From an uncultured Brachyspira sp. (GTDB taxonomy: Bacteria; Spirochaetota; JAAYUW01), in the NCBI GenBank assembly GCA_964581895.1, contig CAZOPR010000004.1, positions 170,517 to 234,516 of the forward strand: 64,000 bases of DNA. The letters are read 5' to 3'. The notes beneath the pieces are model-generated. The model was not told where the DNA came from, did no database searches, and worked only from the letters and a program-made list of their open reading frames with translations. Positions 1 to 9,832 of this stretch are shown piece after piece. A program made the translations under genes and the position numbers. How positions within the stretch are numbered: the stretch's first letter is position 1; each line of letters opens with the position of its first letter.

Positions 1-472
1 GATTTATTGTTATATTTCCACCAAGTATTATATTATTAATCTTTTTAGATAGTAATTCATATACCAAAGTAGTAGTAGTAGATTTTCCTTTTGAACCTGT
101 TATACCAACTATCGGAGAATCGAAAAGCTCAAAAAAATAACCTATATCAGTCTCTATAAAACGATTATTTTCGATTGCAGCAGTTATAAATTTATTTGAA
201 AACTTTATTCCTGCTCCTTTGAATACTATATCTGCTTCAACAAAATCTTGCTCTCTATGCTGACCAAGTATATATTCAATATTTGAAAAATCTTTCAACT
301 GATTGATTGAAGATTCAAGTTCTTTTTCAGATTTTAAGTCAGTAACAATAAGTTTTTTTACTCTTGGAGCCAAAAATTTAGCGGTTCCAACCCCGCCACC
401 ATTCAATCCAAGCCCCATAAGAAGAACAGTTTTATCAGAAAGATTTATATCTTTAGTTAAATGTTTTATCAT
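1..472 (-). CDS. murD: UDP-N-acetylmuramoylalanine--D-glutamate ligase MurD, N-terminal part. The gene continues past the window start.
   Basis: Minus-strand translation from ATG at 472-470 reads MIKHLTKDINLSDKTVLLMGLGLNGGGVGTAKFL...GITGSKGKSTTT. This matches the MurD N-terminal Rossmann region and the Mur-ligase P-loop. The + ORF at 303..572 is antisense noise. Confidence 0.8.
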   Translation of the reverse strand, partial: MIKHLTKDINLSDKTVLLMGLGLNGGGVGTAKFLAPRVKKLIVTDLKSEKELESSINQLKDFSNIEYILGQHREQDFVEADIVFKGAGIKFSNKFITAAIENNRFIETDIGYFFELFDSPIVGITGSKGKSTTTTLVYELLSKKINNIILGGNITIN

Positions 473-542
473 AATTAATTTTTTTGATTTTTATATTGTC
501 TTATATTTATATCATATTAAATTTTTATGTTATCTCAAAATT

Positions 543-1151
543 TTATATTATCTCAAAATCATAGCTTTCTAAAAAGGATTTTTTCCAAATCTTAAAGGGA
601 TCATAAATCGAACCATAACATTTTAAGAAAGAAAAATCTAAAAATCTTATATTTTTTGAAAGATTAATCCAGGTTACTCTTCCTCTTACACCATATATAT
701 TTTCAATCTGACTATTTGAAAAAAGCTTTTGTCCTTTCAACTTAAACTGAATAAGATGATAATTATCAAAGGTAACGACGATGGATGATGCTGGTTTAAA
801 TCTTATGATATTTTCTATCCTTTTTGTAAGAATTCTGATTAAATTTGCGTCTTCTTTTTCAAGAAGCAGGCTAATAATCGGTGCTTTATCTATCATTTTT
901 GAACCATATAAGAAAAGATAAACAGGGTAATCAAGATAGTTTTTTGTTGAAAGATGCTCAAAAAGGTAGTATAACCTTTCTTCTGGTTCAAAATCTTCAC
1001 GTAAAATAAAATATTTTTGAATAATTTTATAATTATATGAGGATGTGCAATATATCTTTCTATGTCCTTCATTATATAACTTTTCGATAGCTTTATCCGA
1101 AAGGTCGTGTGGCAGAAGAATCCTATCATCAAACTCAATGAACTTAGTCAT
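543..1151 (-). CDS. hypothetical protein
   Basis: Clean 202-aa ORF with no motif I recognise. Confidence 0.5.
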   Translation of the reverse strand: MTKFIEFDDRILLPHDLSDKAIEKLYNEGHRKIYCTSSYNYKIIQKYFILREDFEPEERLYYLFEHLSTKNYLDYPVYLFLYGSKMIDKAPIISLLLEKEDANLIRILTKRIENIIRFKPASSIVVTFDNYHLIQFKLKGQKLFSNSQIENIYGVRGRVTWINLSKNIRFLDFSFLKCYGSIYDPFKIWKKSFLESYDFEII

Positions 1152-1216
1152 TTTTCCTCATAAAGCTCTTTTCAAAATAATTACCATAATAAACATAGAT
1201 TGCAAATAAAAGATGA

Positions 1217-1585
1217 TTAAATCTTCTCAACCTTCTTCGTAGTGATTATATCTGCGCCACTATTTGCTATGTTGGATATGACTACCTGATTTAGTTCCAC
1301 AGGGGCATGGACTGAAGAATTTTTAATAATATCCATTATTGACTGGATAAGCCTTTTTGGTACTGGCTTGTTTGTTTTAACTGAAACAAGTTCATTTTTT
1401 CCATCTATTACTTTTATGCTTGTGGTGATAACTCTATGAGGATCTGTTACTTCCTGCATGGCATATTCTTTACCGCTTTTGCAGGTAAAACCGCTTATGT
1501 CTAAAACTTTATTATCATCATCAAGTTGAACCTTTATTTTGCATCCTAAAGGGCATTGTATGCATATCATTTCTACTTCTTTCAT
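1217..1585 (-). CDS. DUF1667 family protein, the small Cys-cluster subunit of the GlpA-like oxidoreductase operon
   Basis: 122 aa with CIQCPLGC...C spacing typical of DUF1667. It lies immediately downstream of the two oxidoreductase genes with a 2-nt gap. Confidence 0.7.
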   Translation of the reverse strand: MKEVEMICIQCPLGCKIKVQLDDDNKVLDISGFTCKSGKEYAMQEVTDPHRVITTSIKVIDGKNELVSVKTNKPVPKRLIQSIMDIIKNSSVHAPVELNQVVISNIANSGADIITTKKVEKI

Positions 1586-1587
1586 AG

Positions 1588-2829
1588 TTATACAATCTCC
1601 ACAATTATATTATCAATATCACCGACCTTAGAAATTTGCTCGGATTTTATGTTTTTATGAACCATTTCACTTGGTATAAATGCCTGTTCTTTCCCTTCAT
1701 ATAAGATATTTTTATCAGCACGAACAACCAATCTTCCTTTTTCAATAGGTTTTATAGCTCTTAAATATAAAGGCAAATCTGAGACTTCAACCCAGTATGC
1801 ACAGTTTATTATCCCAACTCCGATTCCTTTTTTAATAGGTATTTTCTTTTTTTGTTTTGCTTCTTTTATATACTCGGTAGCATACATACCAGCAATTTCA
1901 CCTTCTTTTGTTACATAGTCAACTAAATCATAGATTATTACACAATTTCCAGAAGAGAAAATCCAGGGAGTTGAAGTATTCATAGTAGAATCTACTACAA
2001 TCCCTCTTGTTCTTGAATCTATATCAACATAATCCATCATCAAGGTAGTTGAAGGAACAAGCCCAACAGATAATACAAGAGTATCCACACTCCAGGACCT
2101 TTGAGATCCTTCTATTACATTGTAATTTTCATCTAATTCTGAAGTGATTACCTCGGAAAGTCTTCCATCCCCTCTAACCTCGGTAACAGTTGTTGAAAGA
2201 AGAAGTGGTATCCCAAAATCCTTTAAGCATTGATTTATATTTCTTGAAAGACCACCTGGGTAGGGCATCCTTTCACAAACCGCAACTACCTCAACTCCTT
2301 CTAAAGTCAATCTTCGAGCCATAATAAGCCCGATATCTCCCGAACCTAAAACCATGGCTCTTTTACCTATAATCCTGTTTTCAATATTAATAAACTTTTG
2401 TGCCACACCAGCAGTATATATACCAGAAACTCTATCTCCTGGAATTAAAAGAGAACCAAAAGGTCTTTCTCTTGCTCCAGCAGAGTAAACAAGAGCTTTG
2501 CAACTTATAGCAATTATTCCATCTTCACTTGTAAAATAAGCTGTTTTTGTTTTTTTATCAATCGATAAGAGAAAATGTTCAAATAAGAACTTTATGGGAA
2601 GGCCTTTAGTTAAGCTTAAAAGATTTGCAGCATATTCAGGTCCTGTCAACTCCTTCTTAAAATAATGAAGTCCAAAACCATTGTGAATACATTGATTTAA
2701 GATTCCACCAGCAAGATTAAGTCTTTCAACAACTATTACTTCGATACCTTCCCTGGCAGCCTTCAATGCAGCACCTATACCTGAAGCGCCGCCTCCTATA
2801 ACAAGTAAATCGCATGAAATTTTATTCAT
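1588..2829 (-). CDS. NAD(P)/FAD-dependent pyridine nucleotide-disulfide family oxidoreductase
   Basis: N-terminal LLVIGGGASGIGAA dinucleotide-binding motif and a second Rossmann-like VLGSGDIGLIMA. Its start overlaps the upstream gene stop by 4 nt (2826-2829). Confidence 0.8.
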   Translation of the reverse strand: MNKISCDLLVIGGGASGIGAALKAAREGIEVIVVERLNLAGGILNQCIHNGFGLHYFKKELTGPEYAANLLSLTKGLPIKFLFEHFLLSIDKKTKTAYFTSEDGIIAISCKALVYSAGARERPFGSLLIPGDRVSGIYTAGVAQKFINIENRIIGKRAMVLGSGDIGLIMARRLTLEGVEVVAVCERMPYPGGLSRNINQCLKDFGIPLLLSTTVTEVRGDGRLSEVITSELDENYNVIEGSQRSWSVDTLVLSVGLVPSTTLMMDYVDIDSRTRGIVVDSTMNTSTPWIFSSGNCVIIYDLVDYVTKEGEIAGMYATEYIKEAKQKKKIPIKKGIGVGIINCAYWVEVSDLPLYLRAIKPIEKGRLVVRADKNILYEGKEQAFIPSEMVHKNIKSEQISKVGDIDNIIVEIV

Positions 2830-4268
2830 TTTCTAACCTTTCCTTTTACTATATATGAACTATCAGTATTATAAACTACCGAATCGACCACAGCACCTGT
2901 TTCTCTTGCGAGTATTTCAAGGATTTTATTTGTGCAAAATCCACCCTGACATTCACCAAAACTTGCTCTTGTCCTGAATTTAACACTATCAATTGTTCTC
3001 GCCCCTCTTTTAATAGCTTCAACAATCTCTCTTTCAGTTACCTTATTGCAAACACATACTATTTTACCAGCAAGTGGGTCTTTTTTTATTATTTCATCAT
3101 ATTCTTCAAGGCTTAATTCACCAATATAATGTTGTATTCTTTTCCTGATAGGATTAAAATCTATTTTTTTCTTTAAGTTAAGATCATAACTTTTTATTAT
3201 CTGGTCAACCACATCAATTGCAATGGCTGGAGCAGATGTTAAGCCTGGGGAACGCATACCAGCAACATGAAATAAACCATATATATTTCTACTTGGTCCT
3301 ATCCAAAAATCTTTGTTTGGTGTTTCAGGTCTGCTTCCAGCAAAAATCTTAACAGTTTCTTTTAGATCTATAGAAGGAACAAGATGTTTAGCATTTTGAA
3401 CGATTCTATCAAGCCCATCTTTTGAAGTTGCTCTTAAATCTTTTAATTTATAATGTAAATCTGTTGAAGTTGGTCCTAAAAGTATCCCTTTATCAACAGT
3501 AGGTAAAACCAAAATGCCTTTTCCCATTTTAGAAGGAGTAGGGAAAATTATGCTGTTGACAATATCATGGGCAGTGAATTTGTTTAATAGGATATATTCA
3601 CCTATTCTTGGGTAGATAGGGATGGCTCTATCCTGAGCCATTGTTGCAATTTTATCTGCATAAAGTCCTGCTGCATTTATAATAATATCTGCTTCATATT
3701 CATGTTTATTTGTAATTACCTTTTTTACTTTTGAGTTGACAATATCAATATTAACAATTTCCTCTTGAAAATTAACCTTTGCTCCATTTGCATAGGCATT
3801 TTCAATGGCTGCAATACAAACCTGCCATGGTTCTGTTATAGCAGCTGTCGGAGCATATAAAGAAGCTATAACATCTTGATTCAGGTTCGGTTCCATACTT
3901 AAAAGTTCATCTTTTTCAAGTATTCGTAGTCCAGGGACATTATTTTCAATCCCTTGTTTGTACAATTTATTTAGCATGTTTTTTTCTTCATTATTAAAAG
4001 CAACAACATGAGAGCCAATTCGTTTTACTTCAATATCCAGTTCTTCAGCAAGTTTTGTATATAAAAAGTTACCTTTACTACAGTATTTTGCTCTAACAGT
4101 ATTAGGTTCATCATCATATCCAGCATGGATTATTGCAGAATTTGCCTTTGAAACGCCAAGTCCTGCATCCTTTTCTTTTTCAATAACCACAATATCGCAA
4201 TCATATTTTGTAAGCTGCCTTGCTATCAAAGAACCAACAATTCCAGCACCAATAACAATAATTTTCAT
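2826..4268 (-). CDS. FAD-dependent glycerol-3-phosphate dehydrogenase-like oxidoreductase (GlpA family) with a C-terminal BFD-like [2Fe-2S] domain
   Basis: MKIIVIGAGIVGS FAD-binding motif. The C-terminus has CVCNKVTEREIVEAI...FGECQGGFC, a BFD-like Cys cluster. It is the first gene of a three-gene operon of the type seen in Thermotogae and Firmicutes. Confidence 0.8.
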   Translation of the reverse strand: MKIIVIGAGIVGSLIARQLTKYDCDIVVIEKEKDAGLGVSKANSAIIHAGYDDEPNTVRAKYCSKGNFLYTKLAEELDIEVKRIGSHVVAFNNEEKNMLNKLYKQGIENNVPGLRILEKDELLSMEPNLNQDVIASLYAPTAAITEPWQVCIAAIENAYANGAKVNFQEEIVNIDIVNSKVKKVITNKHEYEADIIINAAGLYADKIATMAQDRAIPIYPRIGEYILLNKFTAHDIVNSIIFPTPSKMGKGILVLPTVDKGILLGPTSTDLHYKLKDLRATSKDGLDRIVQNAKHLVPSIDLKETVKIFAGSRPETPNKDFWIGPSRNIYGLFHVAGMRSPGLTSAPAIAIDVVDQIIKSYDLNLKKKIDFNPIRKRIQHYIGELSLEEYDEIIKKDPLAGKIVCVCNKVTEREIVEAIKRGARTIDSVKFRTRASFGECQGGFCTNKILEILARETGAVVDSVVYNTDSSYIVKGKVRK

Positions 4269-4403
4269 TCTTACACCGCCAGGATTTGATTTTTAACTAT
4301 ATTTTTTATTTTTGCTTTTATTTTTCAAGTTTCTTCAAAAAAATAAACTATATTTTATTTCTTACTTTTTTCTTAATCTATTTATATTATATTTGATTTA
4401 CTT

Positions 4404-4497
4404 ATCTTTAATTTTATTTATCTTTAATTTTATTTATCTTTAGTTTTATTTATCTTTAGTTTTATTTATCCTTAGTTTTATTTATCTTTAGTTTCGC
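4404..4497. repeat. Tandem direct repeat of a 16-bp unit ATCTTTARTTTTATTT, about 5.8 copies
   Basis: Read directly from the sequence: units at 4404, 4420, 4436, 4452 and 4468, plus a partial unit at 4484. Variants have A or G at unit position 8, and one unit has CC. The array lies between the stop of the 4500..5174 gene and the start of the GlpA-like operon. Confidence 0.9.
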
Positions 4498-4499
4498 TC

Positions 4500-5174
4500 C
4501 TAATTTTTTTTATCTATACTATAATTTTTATTAAACTGTTTTTCGACTTCGACTCTGCTTCCCCAGAAAGTTTTATAATTATCTAAAGTGATCTTCTCAA
4601 GATTAATATTTGTATCTTTATTTGAGAACATATGATTCCAGGTATTTATATATATGACAATTCTATTATCCTTTTTTTCAAAATTTGCCCCTTCAATCTT
4701 TAATGAAAAATGCTTAACATTTTTTTGAAGGTATATTTGGTCTGAACCATAATCATCAGGGAAATCAACAGAAACAGCCTTCCAGTAGCCATCAAAAGAT
4801 TTAACAAAATAGATAAAAAAAGACTCAGTATCTATTAACCTTTTATACTTGAAAGATCTGTAAATATCATATATAAAATTAACAAAAGAACTTGGATGAT
4901 CTTCATCCTTAAATAGTATTGTATATTCAATTATTTTTTCATTTTCATCATCTTTTATGAAAGAAAGACTTACTCCGATGATATCATTATTTTTCTTATA
5001 ATCAATAGTAGGAACTATAAAAACAGGTAAGAAAGCCTTATCATAGCTTTTCTCTTCTAAAGTCAGCTTGTTTTTGCCACAGTAAGTAAAACCTGTGAGA
5101 AAGATAAAAAGAATAATAATAAATAAAAGTATAATAAGGATTATTTTTAAGGTAAAATTCACTTTTTTATCCAT
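4500..5174 (-). CDS. hypothetical N-terminally membrane-anchored protein
   Basis: 224-aa ORF whose N-terminus (IILIILLFIIILFIFLTGFTYC) looks like a signal or anchor. No recognisable domain. Confidence 0.55.
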   Translation of the reverse strand: MDKKVNFTLKIILIILLFIIILFIFLTGFTYCGKNKLTLEEKSYDKAFLPVFIVPTIDYKKNNDIIGVSLSFIKDDENEKIIEYTILFKDEDHPSSFVNFIYDIYRSFKYKRLIDTESFFIYFVKSFDGYWKAVSVDFPDDYGSDQIYLQKNVKHFSLKIEGANFEKKDNRIVIYINTWNHMFSNKDTNINLEKITLDNYKTFWGSRVEVEKQFNKNYSIDKKN

Positions 5175-5492
5175 AGACTGCCTCTTAAAGAAATTAAAAG
5201 GTAAATTATGAAAAAAGTCAAAATTTTCTTTTAGTATTTCTATTCTTAAATTTTTCTTTACTAAGTAAATTTAACTTGTAACTTTTGTAATCATAAATTT
5301 GCTCTAAACCATAAAATAAAATTGAAAAATTAATAATAAAACAAATTGTGTAAAAAAAATCTTACATAAAATATAAGATTTAAGATAAAATTTGATAAAT
5401 TAAGAATAGAAAAGCAAGCATAAAGAAAAAAAACAAGAATATAAAAATTATGATAAAATGAAATAAAAAAAGGTTAAAAAACAAGGAAAAAA

Positions 5493-6380
5493 ATGAAGGG
5501 AGAGTTTGCAGCACTTATTACAGCAATTTGCTGGACATTTAATTCATTATCTTTTTCGATTGCCGGTAGAATAGTTGGCTCAAAAACAGTAAATCATATA
5601 AGGTTATGGGTAGCCTTTTTGGCTATGGGCATTATAAATATTGTAAGCTTTAATTATTTTTTCCCAATCTATGCCCCTTTTAAATCATTAATATTCCTGT
5701 CTTTGTCTGGATTGATCGGCTTTGCTATTGGAGACGCAGCACTTTTTGAATCTTTAGTTCTCTTAGGCCCAAGACTTTCAATGACAATAATGGCTACAAA
5801 TCCTATTATTGGGGCGATTTTATCCTTTATATTCTTAAAAGAAACCTTAAAACCACTTCATATTGTAGCCATTATTGTAACAATTTCAGCAGTCATGTTT
5901 GTTGTTTCAGAAAAACATGAAAATGAAAATTTTGATAAGAAAAAAAGACCACTTGGGGTTATTCTTGCTTCAATCGGCTCTTTATGCCAGGCAACAGGTA
6001 TGCTTCTTTCTAAAATAGGCTTATCTTCTGGTATCTCTGTAATTAGTGGAAATATGATAAGAGTTAGCTCTGGGCTCTTTTTTATAGTATTAATAGCAAT
6101 ATTTCAAAAGCAGTTTGTAAATGATTTTGTCAAATTAAAAAACCTAAAAGGTACTTTTTATATTTTTGTAGGTGCCATATTGGGTCCTGTTTTAGGGGTT
6201 ATGTTAGCTCTATATGCTATATCTAAAACTCAAATAGGCATTGCCACAACAATAACATCTATTTCCCCTATACTTTTAATCCCTCTTTCGGCTATTATAT
6301 ATAAAGAAAAAGTAACTATAAGAATGGTAATAGGAACAATAATTACAATCGTTGGAGCAAGTTCACTTTTCTTTATTTAA
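5493..6380 (+). CDS. EamA/DMT-superfamily transporter
   Basis: 295 aa with about 10 predicted TM helices and the duplicated-half architecture typical of EamA. Confidence 0.7.
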   Translation: MKGEFAALITAICWTFNSLSFSIAGRIVGSKTVNHIRLWVAFLAMGIINIVSFNYFFPIYAPFKSLIFLSLSGLIGFAIGDAALFESLVLLGPRLSMTIMATNPIIGAILSFIFLKETLKPLHIVAIIVTISAVMFVVSEKHENENFDKKKRPLGVILASIGSLCQATGMLLSKIGLSSGISVISGNMIRVSSGLFFIVLIAIFQKQFVNDFVKLKNLKGTFYIFVGAILGPVLGVMLALYAISKTQIGIATTITSISPILLIPLSAIIYKEKVTIRMVIGTIITIVGASSLFFI

Positions 6381-6549
6381 ATAATTTTCAAAAAAAAATT
6401 AGATAGAGAAAATAAACAAAATAAAATAAAATTAAAATTTAATAAAAATTTAAGTAAAAAAAATGAGATAAAATACTAACAAAAGGGAAATTCAATAAAG
6501 TTCCAATAAAAAATAATTAAGCAAAAAATAATTAAATTAAGGATTATAA

Positions 6550-7251
6550 ATGAAAAAAACAACATTAAATGACATATTTGTTATTCTTTTTATTCCAGTA
6601 ATATTTTCTATTTTTGGATTTATCCCATTTCTTTATGCTTTTTATAAAAATTTTAATACCTATCATCCTTATATTATGAGTTTTATAAAGTTTGCAATTC
6701 TTGCAACTTATGGAGAAATTGCGGCTTACAGGATTAGTAATAAAAGATATCCAGATAAAAGTTTTGGAATACTACCTAAAATGATGGTCTGGGGAATACT
6801 TGGTATTTTTATAAAAGCCGCTTTTGTAATATTTTCAAAAGGAGCCATCGCTCTTTTAGTTTCAATAAACAAAGATTTCCCTGCAAATATTCTTGCAACA
6901 AAAGGAATCTCTTTATTAAAGATATTTGGGTCTTTTACTGTTAGTTTAACAATGAATCTAATCTTTGCCCCTGTTATGATGCTAACCCATAAGATAACAG
7001 ATTTATATATTAACAAAGCAGGTGGAACTTTTAAGGGTATTTTTCAGACTAAATTCAAATTTACTGAACTATTAACAAATGTTGACTGGAAAAACTTTGG
7101 TGGTTTTGTGCTTTGTAAGACAATACCATTTTTCTGGATTCCAGTTCATACAATAACTTTTTTACTTGTTGAATCTTATCAGATACTTTTTGCAGCATTA
7201 CTAAGTGTCGCACTAGGTCTATTTTTAGCATATAAACCAGTTAAAAAGTAA
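6550..7251 (+). CDS. hypothetical integral membrane protein
   Basis: 233 aa with multiple hydrophobic segments. Family not recognised. Confidence 0.55.
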   Translation: MKKTTLNDIFVILFIPVIFSIFGFIPFLYAFYKNFNTYHPYIMSFIKFAILATYGEIAAYRISNKRYPDKSFGILPKMMVWGILGIFIKAAFVIFSKGAIALLVSINKDFPANILATKGISLLKIFGSFTVSLTMNLIFAPVMMLTHKITDLYINKAGGTFKGIFQTKFKFTELLTNVDWKNFGGFVLCKTIPFFWIPVHTITFLLVESYQILFAALLSVALGLFLAYKPVKK

Positions 7252-7464
7252 TTAATACAAAATTTTATTAATCTAAAATAATAAAATAGATTACAAAAAA
7301 CAAATTATTAGACAATATGATAAAAGTAAAATAAAAAACAAATAATGAAAAGAATATTAAATATATTAAAAAAATGAAAAATTAGAGAAACTGAAAAAAA
7401 TGAAGAAAATGAAAAAAATTAAATGAATTAAATAAAATATATTAAGTAAAATATACTAAATAAA

Positions 7465-8469
7465 TTATTTTTTAAGAGATATTATAAGGCTTAATAACTT
7501 TTCTTTTAATATTTTTTCGCCATTATCAAGCAAGACCATGTGCCCACTATTATCAAGCTTTAAAGATTCAACTTTGTTTTGACTGGATAAAATATTTACA
7601 AAATTTTCGAACCCTTTTTGAGAAAAATATAAATCTTGATCACCCCAGGCAACAAATATAGTTAAGTTTTTGATCAATGGCAAAATATTTTTTTCCATGA
7701 AAACCGCTGCCTTTTGTGATTTATATCCCAGTTCAGCACTATCTTCCGGATTTATAGGAAAATTTTCGGCATAATACAGGTTTTTTTCATCATTCACAAT
7801 ATCCCAGACAGATTTTCTATTTGGAGCAGCTGAAGGTTTTGTGAAAAGGAAAATATACCTTAACCATGAAGTTTGTTTTGAAAGCCAGTATACAATGGGA
7901 CCAGCAGCTTTATATTCCATAAAAGAATTAAGAGGAGAAAGAAAAACTACCAGATCAGGTTTTCTCTTTGCTTCAAGGCAAATAAAAGAATTTGGAAGTG
8001 CTCCAAATGACTGAGATACAACTATTATTTTATGGTTTTCTGGTAAATTTGTAGTGTATGCTTCATAAATCTGTATAATCTCCCTTAAATCCTCTTCAAA
8101 GTGCCACTGCCTGTTTCTTAAATAAAAGGGAGAACTCTGAATACCGTAAACAGGAACAACTATGTTGATATTCTGTTTTTCGTGCAAAAAATCAAGCCAA
8201 TCTCTATACATCCCTGCTGGATTTTGTGTCCTGAAACCTTCCATAAAGAAAATTGTCAGATTATTTTTTTTGTTAACTAGAAAAAGAGGTTCACCACCAT
8301 TTTTGTTAAATTTAGTTATTTCTGTATATTCATTTTTACTTTCAAACTCATTAGCATATTTAGCCATGCTGGCATATTGAATATTAAGCAAAAGCTTATG
8401 TAATCCTATTATGGCTAAAAAGATTAACAATAAAAAGAGTAAAATTTTTAATCCTTTCTTTAACTTCAT
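7465..8469 (-). CDS. alpha/beta-hydrolase fold protein with an N-terminal membrane anchor
   Basis: VVSQSFGA nucleophile-elbow motif (GxSxG type) and an N-terminal TM segment. Confidence 0.6.
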   Translation of the reverse strand: MKLKKGLKILLFLLLIFLAIIGLHKLLLNIQYASMAKYANEFESKNEYTEITKFNKNGGEPLFLVNKKNNLTIFFMEGFRTQNPAGMYRDWLDFLHEKQNINIVVPVYGIQSSPFYLRNRQWHFEEDLREIIQIYEAYTTNLPENHKIIVVSQSFGALPNSFICLEAKRKPDLVVFLSPLNSFMEYKAAGPIVYWLSKQTSWLRYIFLFTKPSAAPNRKSVWDIVNDEKNLYYAENFPINPEDSAELGYKSQKAAVFMEKNILPLIKNLTIFVAWGDQDLYFSQKGFENFVNILSSQNKVESLKLDNSGHMVLLDNGEKILKEKLLSLIISLKK

Positions 8470-8486
8470 TTTAATTCCTTTGATAT

Positions 8487-9107
8487 TTATCTAAGTATTT
8501 TAGCTTCTGTTGGTTCTTGTATTTGCTCCGCAAAAGATTTGGCATCACTTATACTTCCAACAACATCTCCAAAATGAATAGGAATAGCATATTTTGGTTT
8601 TAACTTATTTGCAAGCATTGCTGCCTCTTTCCAGTTCATTGTGTAAGTGCCTCCAACAGGCAAAAATGCAACATCTACAGAAAGATTCTGTATTTCAGGT
8701 ACTGAATCTGTATCCCCAGCAATATAATATTTGATATTATCCACTTTTATTATGTAGCCAACCCATTTTTTCTCTTTGGGGTGAAACTGCTTACCTATGT
8801 TATATGCATATGTTGTGCTAAAAGAAATAGAAGATACTGTATAATCTTTACCAGGTTCAACTGTTAAGATTTTTAGGTTTAACTCTTTTACTTTGTCTTC
8901 CGCTTCTTTTGGCAAAATGATTATGCTGTTTGATTTTGCAACTTTTCTAATATCTTGAACTGAAAGATGGTCATAATGAGAATGGGTGCAAAATATTAAA
9001 TCTGCATCATAAGATGCTTCCTTAATATTAAAAGGATCGATGTAAATAGTAATGTTTTTCTTAATCTTTATAGATGCATGCCCTAAATGAAAAACTCCTT
9101 CAAGCAT
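8487..9107 (-). CDS. MBL-fold metallo-hydrolase
   Basis: CTHSHYDHLS, i.e. the HxHxDH zinc motif of the metallo-beta-lactamase fold. Confidence 0.8.
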   Translation of the reverse strand: MLEGVFHLGHASIKIKKNITIYIDPFNIKEASYDADLIFCTHSHYDHLSVQDIRKVAKSNSIIILPKEAEDKVKELNLKILTVEPGKDYTVSSISFSTTYAYNIGKQFHPKEKKWVGYIIKVDNIKYYIAGDTDSVPEIQNLSVDVAFLPVGGTYTMNWKEAAMLANKLKPKYAIPIHFGDVVGSISDAKSFAEQIQEPTEAKILR

Positions 9108-9127
9108 AGGCCCTCCAAAATTTTTAT

Positions 9128-9832
9128 TTATTTTGCAAGATAAACAGGTTCAAGATTTATAATATCCCCTCTTTTTATTTGATTAACAAGAACTTTTTCA
9201 GATTTTAAGGTAAAACTGAAAAATTTTTCTTCTTTTAAGAAACCTTCCTTAGAAACTATTATTTTCATACGAAACACTTTTTCTGTAGGTCCGCTATTAT
9301 TCTCGGCTTTTATAGATTTTGGCCAAAAGGTAAAAATCCCATTTGTCTTAATAAATGTTTGTATTGGATTTTTCCAGAGGGTGCTTGCCATATTTATTTT
9401 ACTATTATATTCATCTACAAGTAAAACCTCAGCCCCATCTATAGGTTCAAAATTTGTTGAGTTAAAAACTTGTCCAATTATTTGAGGGAAATTAAAGATA
9501 TAATATTCAGACTCAATAGAGGAATAACCCCATTCTATTTCTTCAGAAATATTTTCAAAAGAATCTTCTTTCCTTCTATTTTTGATGGTCCTTATTGCAT
9601 CATAAATAAGGCTAATGATATCTGTAAACTTTTGAGAATCATACTTAAATTCCATTTCTTCATATATCAGTCCACGATATGAGATTATATATTCAGGAAG
9701 TATTCTATTTAAAACATAACATACGACATCAAGTTTAAATTTTGGATTCTTCGGTATATCCTCTTTATATGAAGAAATAATGCTATCGGTAAGATTATAT
9801 ACTAGATCTTCTAATGTATTTTTAAGTCTCAT
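9128..9832 (-). CDS. ComFB-like domain protein (cysteine-less variant) with an extra C-terminal domain of about 140 aa
   Basis: N-terminus RLKNTLEDLVYNLTDSIISSY...LDVVCYVLNRILPEYIISYRGLIYEEM. It aligns position by position with B. subtilis ComFB SLKNYMEEVVLENLDHVLEQY...DMIALALNRLPSRYVVTEKGEMY. Its start overlaps the HD-GYP gene stop by 11 nt. Confidence 0.6.
   Translation of the reverse strand: MRLKNTLEDLVYNLTDSIISSYKEDIPKNPKFKLDVVCYVLNRILPEYIISYRGLIYEEMEFKYDSQKFTDIISLIYDAIRTIKNRRKEDSFENISEEIEWGYSSIESEYYIFNFPQIIGQVFNSTNFEPIDGAEVLLVDEYNSKINMASTLWKNPIQTFIKTNGIFTFWPKSIKAENNSGPTEKVFRMKIIVSKEGFLKEEKFFSFTLKSEKVLVNQIKRGDIINLEPVYLAK

Noticed and set aside
303-572. 89-aa + strand ORF
   Set aside because: It lies antisense within murD, whose minus-strand translation gives clear MurD motifs. 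Its composition is low-complexity. Spurious.
4404-4497. CRISPR array
   Set aside because: The 16-bp units abut directly with no spacers, are AT-only and have no cas genes nearby. It is a plain tandem repeat.
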